Positions 53,529 through 64,000 of a stretch of 64,000 nt of DNA are shown here, piece after piece. The position numbers and the translations under genes were made by a program. Where the stretch lies: the NCBI RefSeq assembly GCF_006345805.1, contig NC_043000.1, forward strand, positions 94,054,001 to 94,118,000, given 5' to 3'. Under the pieces are notes generated by a model that saw only the letters and a program-made list of their open reading frames with translations, was not told the DNA's origin and searched no databases. Origin of the DNA: Octopus sinensis (Eukaryota). How positions within the stretch are numbered: position 1 is the first letter of the stretch; each line of letters starts with the position of its first letter.

Positions 53529-55377
53529 AATATATACATATACATATATTTATACGCGCGCACACACACAAACACACACACGCACACACATACACACACA
53601 CATATATATACATACGCACATGTGAAAATACATGCGTAGTGCATTAAAATTCATATGATAAAACTGTGCTCCAGGTTTTGTCAGGAGCTTTGATTACTTG
53701 GGTTTGATGTGATTATTTTGGTTGTGATGAGACAAAATTTATTTAAAACTTCAGCCGGTGAGTGCTAGACAACACATAGATTTCTATCCTGAGAGCGGAT
53801 GATGATGTCAAGCTGCTATCTTTTGTGTAAAGGCGTGATGTTAGTGATTATGTGCAGAATAATATAGTTGAAATAAACAGTCTGCTTCGTGTAACTCACG
53901 CCCATTTTTGATCAACGGATTCATTTTATGAATAAGAAGGGCGTCCTTCATCCACAGATTACTGATGTTACGTTCTTTTTTCTTAACGTTGGTTATTAAT
54001 ATTCAGAAAGCGGTGATATCGCAGAATCGTTAGCGCGCTGAGCAATAATGCATAACGGCATTTTGTCCGTCTTTACTTACTGAGTTTAAATTCCATCGAG
54101 ATTTATTTTGCTTTTCATCCTTTGGGGATCGATAAAATAAGATCTAATCGATTTACACACTCCCCAGAAATGCTGGCTTTGTGTCAAAACTTGAAAGCAA
54201 TTATTAATATACAGTTCCGAGCGTGGCATTTCTTTAGATTTTTTTTTTGTAACAAAATGTTTGTCTGCATGTGTTCCATTTCGTACTTACGTGACTTTCA
54301 AAGGAATATTCTCGTACAAATTGTTCGTATATATGTATATATATATATGTGTGTGTGTGTATATGTTTGTGTGTCTGTGTTTGTCCCTCCAGCATCGCTT
54401 GACAACTGATGCTGGTGCGTTTACGTCACCGTAACTTTACATCCCTATAAGTTAGCAGCTCGGCAAAAGAGACCGATAGAAAAGTATTAGGCTTCCAAAG
54501 AATAAGTCCTGGGATCGATTTGCTCGACTAAAGTCCTGGGATCGATTTGCTCCAGCATGGCCACAGTCAAATGACTGAAACAAGTAAAAGAATATATATA
54601 AACACACACACACACACACATACATACATACATACATACATACATACATGCATTCATACGTACATACATACATACATACATACATACATACATACATACA
54701 TACATACATACATACATACATAAATACATACATACATACACACATGCAGGCACTGGGATTTCACAATATGAATGGTGTTATGCATAATCGTAATTTGTGA
54801 CATCCATGTCAACAGAAATTGTGTGAAACATAAAATATTGGACAGCATTTATACATTCTAAACATTTGTATAGAGGAAGAAAAAATATATTCTGCAAACT
54901 GCTGGATGGGTAGGTAGTGTGAGACGACGTGACGATAAATTACTTTATGCGAATTATAATTATATTCTCTCACATATCTCTTAAGTTTTGTCACTCGTTT
55001 CTAATTTCCAGTTGTATTAAATACAAAAGCCAGAACCTTTCTGATAACCTTATCCATTATACTGATGTATTTATTAAAAACCTGATAACAACTTAATGCT
55101 CATCTCAAAGAATCAGTTAGCGAAGGACTACGGTTTTTCTGAAATTTTCTCTTTCACTCTCTTTTTTTTCCCGTTTCTATTCATAGAATTGCTATTACGC
55201 ATTTAAAATGAAGACATACATACTGTTTGTTGCGATAGCGAGTTAGCTTTTAAATAATCTGCAGGTTGCCAACGTTCATCTCTTGTATTTTCTCTAAACT
55301 TATTTCACCTGCTTTCATATTTCCCCCATCCTTTCTATCACTGGCAGCCACTCGCTCTTCTCATATCTATCTATCTG

Positions 55378-55481
<104 letters not shown>

Positions 55482-56473
55482 CCTATCTATATATATACCT
55501 ACCTACCTATCTATATATATATCTGTTTTTTGTCTATCCGTATCTCTCTCTCTCTTTCTGTATGTATGTATAAAGATATATGTATATGTATATATATATA
55601 TATACACATATATGTATGTATTATATTTATATATGTTTTGTATATACATGTGTTACATATATATATGTGTGTGTTTATCAGAAATATATACATACATATA
55701 TACATATATATATAAATATATATGAACTTATATACATACATACATACATACATACATACTTACATATATACTAATATATTTATGTGTGTGTTTGTGTGTG
55801 TGTCTTACTTTCGAACTGCAATATTTCACCTGCTTTCATATTTCCCCACCGTCTCCTTCAGGTGAACAGACTAATTTTCGTATCTATCTATCTATCAAAG
55901 TCATCCATATATATATATATATACATATATATACATATACATACAAATATATTTATAATTATATATATATATATGCATATATATATATGTATGCGTGAAT
56001 ATATGTATGTAGTTATTGTATTTGTATTTTTATCTCTGTATCCTACTGCTTCTGTGCTTCTAGTTATTTTTCCAGACTCTCAGTCCACCAGCCTTTCGAT
56101 CACTCCATCTGGAGCACTAATATCCATTCTTATCACATTATGAAATTATACTATTTTTCCCCTTATTTTGTGTCTATTTCTTATTCCCTCCCTTTGTATG
56201 CCACCTCTCCATCTCTTTGTCTCTCCATCCCGGTCTTGTTTACCATTTTCTTTTTTTCTCAGTCTTGATCTGTCTCGATTTCTACCTGTATGTTTCACTC
56301 TCTTTAGATAATTTATGTCATCTGTTTTCCTATAAGCATCAACCATACAATATTCCTATATCAACTGATTTTTCCAAACAATATGTTCTATACTTTCATT
56401 CGTCCCTCACCTCTATGCCTAAAGCTTTTCTGTCCATTTGTCCGTCTCTGCATATACATGTTTTAACTTCTCA

Positions 56474-56515
<42 letters not shown>

Positions 56516-56519
56516 TCTC

Positions 56520-56575
<56 letters not shown>

Positions 56576-56650
56576 CCTATCTATCTATCTATCTATCTAT
56601 TCTATCTATCTATATAACTACCTATCTTTCTTTCTATTTATCTATCTACG

Positions 56651-56732
<82 letters not shown>

Positions 56733-56779
56733 GCTAGCTAGCTAGCTAGCTAGCTAGCTAGCTAGCTAGCTAGCTATCT

Positions 56780-56818
<39 letters not shown>

Positions 56819-57012
56819 CACTCTGTCTCGCACACATGCACCTCTTTCACTATCGGTGATGGATTTTATCAATCCATTTACATCTCAGTATTTCCACTAA
56901 CTTTAAGTGAATATCAATCATGGTTAGGATAATGACTTTATAACATTAGCTAACCTAACCTAAACTCACATGATATATGACCGTACTTTTCTTTAATCCA
57001 TAATAATACAGT

Positions 57013-57264
57013 TTAGTCCAACATACATTTATAGATACAATTCTTGGACACACCATCACTGGGTGTTTCAAGTCGAAGAACATAGTCACTCGTCCAGGGA
57101 ACACAAACTAGATTGGGCCAGTGTCCAATCAACATTGAACACAGTCCACAGATCACTTTTTGGGCCTTTTTTCTGCTTATTACGTTAATTCTCAGCGTTC
57201 TATAGATCTTAGAGTTGGAATGGAGTGTTGCTACAATATTGCCATATAACACTTCTAGAAACAT
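57013..57264 (-). mobile_element. Possible Helitron/Pif1 helicase C-terminal relic
   Basis: ISRKKAQ..CGL...(frameshift)GRVT...SKNCIYKCML* weakly resembles TI.KAQGQ...HGQLYVALSRV...TKN.VY.E.L*. Confidence 0.3.
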
Positions 57265-58238
57265 TTATATATGAGAACAAAAGGATCACCGTGTCGAAGT
57301 ATTTTACTTTGGCCTTTATGCTTCCAAACCCAACAATACAATATCCTTCTACATTGAGTCTCGCTCAACCTCCAAGTGAATAAATTATTCTAAACGGACT
57401 GAAGTTGTGAGGACTTGTATTTCCACCCAAACCCATTGGAAGAAATAGACGCATCGAAGCCAGCCAATTCGTTAAACTTCGAGCCCGTCTTTTACAGCAG
57501 GAAACGTTACTTACCATTGGAATTTATTTTAAAATTGTGAGGACTTATATATCAACCCAGGATCATTGGAAGGCTTAAATTCACCAAAGCAAGACAATTC
57601 ATTAAATTCTGAGCCGGTCTTTTAACAGCAGAAAGCTCTACTTACCATTCAAATGTATTTGCGGTTATGGCAGAGACAGAAGTGTCGATCATTCGACTAG
57701 GAGCAGTTTCACAAAAATTATTACTACTGAAATCAATATCTATCAAAAGAAAAGGTTATCATATTGGAAACTAAGTTAAAATGTTAACTGTAAGTTTGTG
57801 ATACGGAAATTTTCTTCAGTTTTTCAGAAGTTCAAGGCACTGCTTTGCACCCATGTGGTTTTTAGGTTCAGTATCACTGTATCACACCTTGGGAATTGAT
57901 TTCTACTGTAACCCCGGATTGAACATTTACCAAATAAATTCCCCCAAAATATTGGGAATTTAGTTATGCAGTTCTTGTACAAAATTGTGTGTTTTTCGGT
58001 GCTGGTACATTCTTTCTTTCTTGCAATCTTTAAAATATAAACAGGTATTTCTATGTCAATTCAGTGGGTATAAGTAGCACATAGAAATCTAAACACAATT
58101 TCCTTTCTTACCTCTTTACGTGTTAAGGATTTCTGATTTATGCACGTGACGAATAATTTTTGAGGGGAGAGGCTAAGTCGATACCTTCGATCCAAGTACT
58201 TAAAATAATACAACACGCGTTTATGACTGAAACATTTG

Positions 58239-58662
58239 TAGGCGCAGGAGTGGCTGTGTGGTAAGTAGCTTGCTAACCAACCACATGGTTCCGGGTTCAG
58301 TCCCACTGCGTGGCATCTTGGGCAAGTGTCTTCTGCTATAACCCCGGGCCGACCAATGCCTTGTGAGTGGATTTGGTAGACGGAAACTGAAAAGAAGCCC
58401 GTCGTATATATGTATATATATATATATATGTATGTGTGTGTTTGTGTGTCTGTGTTTGTCCCCCTAGCATTGCTTGACAACCGATGCTGGTGTGTTTACA
58501 TCCCCGTCACTTAGCGGTTCGGCAAAAGAGACCGATAGAATAAGTACTGGGCTTACAAAGAATAAGTCCCGGGGTCGATTTGCTCGACTAAAAGGTGGTG
58601 CTCCAGCATGGCCGCAGTCAAATGACTGAAACAAGTAAAAGAGTAAAAGAGTAAAAAGAGTA
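58239..58662 (+). mobile_element. tRNA-derived SINE family B, best full-length copy
   Basis: A box TGGCTGTGTGG, B box GGTTCAGTCCC, internal (TA)/(TG), tail GGTGCTCCAGCATGGCCGCAGTCAAATGACTGAAAC(AAGTAAAAG)n. Confidence 0.9.
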
Positions 58663-58979
58663 AACCAGTAAAATGTTAAAGGGTTTCTACTGCATCCCTG
58701 TACCCTTCTTGTTAATATTTAATTCTAGTCTCTAAAAATATTAAGCTCAGTTTTGATGTTTATTTGACAGAATCGTTAGAGGGTTGAGAAAACGCCTTAC
58801 GTTGCTATTTGCTCCGACTCTTTAGTCTCTTGAGTTCAGATCCCACTAGGGTTAGCTTTGCATTTCTTCCTTTTGAGTTCGATTAAATAAAATACCAGAC
58901 AAATACTAGGACCGACGGTACCAACTAACATCCCTCCGCTTCAACTACGCTGGCTTTGTCCCTAAATTCAGCTGAGCTG

Positions 58980-59302
58980 AGAACCCCTTTGATCATGACT
59001 GACCATGGGATTGCACCTAGAAAGTTACCCTCTCAGGTAAGGTTGTTTTTATGGAAGACCAGTAGTCGCCCTTTCATACCGGCCTCCCCTCTTCACGCCA
59101 CCAGTGTTATCCAAGAGAAAGGCAAAGGTCAATACAGCTTGGTACATGTGACGTCGCAACTTATTTCTACAGCTGAGTGAACTGGAGCAACGTGAAATAA
59201 AGTGTCTTGCTCAAGAACACAACACGCAGCCCGGTCCGGGATTCGAACTCACAATTTCACGATCCTAAGATCAATGATCTAACCACTGAGCCATGCGCCT
59301 TC
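58980..59302 (-). mobile_element. tRNA-derived SINE, family A variant
   Basis: Reverse AAGGCGCATGGCTCAGTGGTTAG...GTTCGAATCC head and CORE-like GTGTTCTTGAGCAAGACACTT. Confidence 0.8.
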
Positions 59303-61787
59303 AGTAAATTAGGAACAATATATTAAGGTCAGTTTAACTTTCCTTATTTCCAATCGCTGAGCTTGGTAGGATTTTTAGCGTATTGAACAGAATGCTTAGT
59401 GACATTTTTTCCAGCTCTTCACGTTTTGAACTCAAATGCCATCAATCTCAAAACTGTCTTTTCTCCTTTCGGGTACAATTTGAACACTGGGGCCGACGTT
59501 ATCAACTAGATTCCTGCTCCACAGAATTACTGGCCTAGAACCAAACGTTGAAACCATTGTTTTCACTGGGTGATATTACAGAATCATTAGCGCGTCGATC
59601 AAAATGTTTAACGATATTTGTTCTGGTTTTACATGTACTGAGTTCAAATACCGTCCGAGATTTACTTTGCCTTACATCCTTTTAGGTTCGGTAAAACATA
59701 ATACCATCCAAATACAGGCTTCGGTTGAAACGACAAATCCCTCTCACCAAAATATTGCTGGCCTCATAGCAAAATTTCAAAAGCAAACAAACAGAAAACT
59801 ATTTTTTATAATTTGCTAAAAACTTCATTATAAATATATTTACAATATCACATTATTTTATTTACTAGTTTAAAATTTCATCCAGGAAATTTTACTTCTC
59901 ACATTTAAAAAATTTCAGTTTTGGTTTTCAATTCTCCTGATTTCTGTTTGCCTATACGGAATTATTATCATTGCATATCATTTCTGAATATTTTTTTTAT
60001 TCAGCACAATTTGGTATTGTTTCGTTTGGTCAATCTAGTTTGTGATTTGCGTCAGCCATCAATTGATTTGATTTTTGTTTAACCACACAAAAAGCCAAAC
60101 ATTGTTTCGATAATTTATGAGGATAGTCACTTGATACGCATGGTAGAATATCGCACTAAATGTATTAGTTTATTTAGTTTAGGTCCTAAGTTCAATCCCC
60201 ACCAGGTTCAACTTCGCTTTTCCTCCATCCGGGAGGAAAAGATGGGAATCAATAATATAAGTCCCACAACTGGGTTCGAAGCAATCGACTGTATCCACCC
60301 CCTTTCTAAAATTGGTTTTACGCATAACTACGATATAGATATTTTGCGCGTCTTTGTATACAGATAGATAAATCATGTGTGTGCGTATGAATAAGTACAT
60401 ACATACATACATACATACATACATACATACATACATACATACATACGTACATACATACATACATACATACATACATGCATTTATATGAGACAGAGAGAAG
60501 TGGGGAAATTAGGAAGACACAGGAGGGCAGACAAAGAAAAAAAACAGAGAGAATGAAAAGATGAAAAGTTAATGGAGGATAGGGTGTAGATAAGGCGGTG
60601 GCAGGAACCCAAGGATGGCAAGGAACAAATTACATATGATATCGATTACAATGTGATAGAAGTTTTTCGCATTGTTTGACAGTCGAAAAAGATCACACAA
60701 TGTGATACAATCAATTGCTTATATGAGCCATCGAAAAGTCATTAAGTTTTTAGTGCTTCCGCATGATCAGCTTGGCATTAAACATATTAAGTCTCCACTT
60801 CAGACAGGGAGTCGTCTAGACCGCCAAAACAGAAACAACACACTCGATCGCCCTTCCAATAGTATCTATAGTTAAAATGGTACTCAACCAGCCGTCCTTG
60901 TTCAATATTTCTATCACGTCTGATTTAATAAGTTACTTCCAGACAAAAGGAAAAATATTGAATATAGATAAAGATCCGGCCTTCTTCATTCCGAAAACCA
61001 AACAAACAAACAATATAAAGCAAAGCATAAATAGTCAAAGAAACAAAAATGATACTTCAGCAAAAGACAAAAAAAGACAAAAATAAGAAAACAATGTAAG
61101 CCAAACCAGCATAGAGAATAAATATATTAGTTTATGTTGTTATTAGTATTACTACGATTATTAATATTGTTGTTGCTGTTGTTATGTTTACTTTTGTTTC
61201 AATTATTATAGTTGTTTTTGATGCTGTTTTTTTTTTTCATTTGTTGTTGTAGTTGTTGTTACTGTAGTTGATTGGGATTATAGTGACAATGTTTACATGG
61301 TCATTTGTATTTTCGTTGTTATTTATTATTTTGGATTTTTTCTTTTTCTATTGTTGTCGAAATCGCTGGGGTGTTTTTTTTCATTGCGCTTCCTGTTGCA
61401 ACGAAAAAAAAAACAGGAAAAACAAGATGGCGATAACAACATTGTCGTCCGTAGATACTGTTATAAGTGTTGTTATTGTCATTGATATCATTCCTTATAT
61501 CATCTCGGTGTTTGTTGGGTTGGTCTCTATGAATGAACTTGATTTAATCGACTCCCACTCCACAAAACTAGCCTACATAATTGTTAGCGCATAGGAGACA
61601 ATATGGTCATCGGTATTTTTTTCCGGTTCTGTACATCAAGGGCTCAATTTCTGCCGCAATCAGCTTTGCCGTTCATCCTTTCCGGGTCGACAAAATAAAG
61701 AAGCGATCAAAATCTGAAATTTTTGCAATCTCCCCTCAAAATTTCTAGCAGTGTGCCTATAATAGAATATTATTATTATTATTATTA

Positions 61788-61834
<47 letters not shown>

Positions 61835-61837
<3 letters not shown>

Positions 61838-62042
61838 TTTACTCTTTTACTTGTTTCAGTCATTTGACTGTGGCCCTACTGGAGCACTGCCTTTAGTCGA
61901 GCAAATCGACCCCAGGACTTATTCTTTGTAAGCCTAGTACTTATTCTATCGGTCTCTTTTGCCGAACTGCTAACTTATAGGGATGTAAACACACTAGCAT
62001 CGGTTGTCAAGCGATGTTGGGGGCACAAACGCAGACACACAA

Positions 62043-62123
<81 letters not shown>

Positions 62124-62298
62124 TATATACATATATAAGACGGGATTCTTTCAGTTTCCGTCTACGAAATCTACTCACAAAGCTTTGGTCACCCCGAGGC
62201 TATAGTAGAAGACACTTTCCCAAGGTGCCACGCAGTAGGACTGAACCCGGAACCATGTGGTTGGTAAGCAAGCTACGTACCACACAGCTACTCCCACG
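61835..62298 (-). mobile_element. SINE family B
   Basis: Reverse complement of 58239-58662. Confidence 0.85.
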
Positions 62299-62931
62299 CT
62301 TATTATTATTCTTATTGTTGTTGTTGACGTTGTGAAGCCGGTGATCTGGTATAAGCGCTAGAGCGTCAGACAAAATGCCTTCCTTCTCCTTCTCTTCTGG
62401 TTTCGAACCTTGCCGGGGTCTAATTCGCTTTTCCTCCTCTCGGCGTCGATAAAATAAGGTATCTGTCAAGCAGTGGATCGATGATATCGACTTAGCCTCT
62501 TCTCTCAATATTGTGCCTAAATTAGCAACTGCAACTGCTGCTGCTGCTGTTGTTGTTTTCGTTGCTAGTAGTCGCTGTAGTAATAGTTATAATATAGTGT
62601 CGTTGTTAACATCGTATTTGCTATCTCCGACACTTAAAAAAATGACTGAGATTATAGTACTCCTGCTACTATCCCTAAAATGGTATTGAACGGCATTTGT
62701 CCATAGCGCTTCCATAAATATAGGTCAATTTCTTCGTAATTGCATGAATATAGAATGTTGTAAAAAGTATATCTTACTAATTTTTTTTAAGCATAAGGTA
62801 TGGCTGTGTGGTAAGAAGCTCGCTTCTCAACCACTTAGTTCCGGGTACAGTCTCACTGCATGGCACTTAGCCTCGGGCAGACCACAGCTTTGTGAGATGG
62901 ATTTGCTAGATGGAAACTGTAAGAAGGCCGC

Positions 62932-62972
<41 letters not shown>

Positions 62973-62976
<4 letters not shown>

Positions 62977-63860
62977 GGTGCAGTGAATATATTGCCGTCT
63001 AAATTACCCAAAAATGAAAATAACACTCCCGTCTCATTTTAACAGATATATTATTTACCCAAATATCTTGAAATACTAAAGAATAAATTTATTCAATAAA
63101 ATCACCATTGGCTTCAACCACGGCCTCCAAATGACTTCGGAATCTCCTGCAACTCTTCTGGCCGGTCTCTTTGTTTAAGTTGGTGAATGCTGCTATAATC
63201 TTTGCCTTCAGTTCATCTTTGGTGTTACAAGGAGTTTTGTTGGGCTCTTGTTCAACTTTACCCCACACATAATACGGGGGTTGCAGTTTGGGGAGTTAGG
63301 TGGCCAGATGTTAAGGGTGATGTGGTTACAGAAATTGTCTGACAGCCATGACTGGGTTCTCGTGCTTGTGTGGCAAGGTGCAGAGTCTTATTGCCAGACA
63401 TAGGAACTTCCAGCAGCCACCCTCTTGACCCAGGGCAGCACCACCTTCTCCGGGCACTTGATGTAGGGCTCTGTGTTGAGTCTGAAGCCGTGAGAGAATA
63501 TGAATAGAGGCATAACGTTGCCATCACTAATTATCACTCCAAACACCATGATGTTCATTGGATGTTTGATTTCTTTCACTCAGATTGCCCTTAGACTGCA
63601 CTGTCCTCATATCGCACTTTCCTCAGATTGACACCCAAACACTAAAATGTTCGTATTAGAGCTCCCGCCGCAAATGCCAAGCAGTACAGCATGTCGTTTC
63701 CAAATTCCTGGCAGAGTGAATTGCGTCATGATGCTGTTTTTCGCACAAACGGTGTCCAACTGACCCTACTATACTGTGTAGTCGACAAAATCAAAAGCAA
63801 ACAAGACGCGTGCGCGAAATTAAAAATACAAAGTGGCGACAATTTACCTATTGCAGGCTA
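62973..63860 (-). mobile_element. Internally deleted Tc1/mariner (maT/DD37D-like) transposon
   Basis: Minus frames KHPMNIMVFGVI...YVWQ*DSAPCHTS...WPPNSPNCNP..YVWG...RRFRSHLEAVVEANGDFIE. Diverged TIRs, inserted at (TA)n. Confidence 0.8.
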
Positions 63861-63888
63861 TCTATCTATCTATCTATCTATCTATATA

Positions 63889-63938
<50 letters not shown>

Positions 63939-64000
63939 TATATTTATATATGTATGTATATATATGTATGATGTATGTATATATGTATACGTATGTATAT

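Overview
AT-rich, microsatellite-dense animal genomic DNA with no intact protein-coding gene. The tRNA-headed SINE families suggest octopus or another coleoid cephalopod (inference). Most ORF-track entries are translations of (TA)n, (CA)n, (TATC)n, (TATG)n, (TAA)n or (GAT)n tracts. Recognisable content: three SINE families; R4/Dong-type LINE fragments in (TAA)n; relics of CR1, Tx1/L1, mariner and maT-like elements; several MITEs; a Neptune-type Penelope-like element (PLE) with a GIY-YIG domain; a 1.79-kb tandem duplication; a ~0.7-kb inverted duplication; and a 100-N gap. The most notable signal is a set of mostly unrelated, often (TA)n-anchored fold-back insertions with 9-12-nt loops. Several carry minimal hammerhead ribozymes whose core 3-8 base pair covaries (C-G, U-A, G-C). 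Also notable are a tRNA-SINE head fused to a hammerhead and a PLE promoter built from five CCAAT-N12-CRE modules. All calls were made by eye and need computational confirmation.
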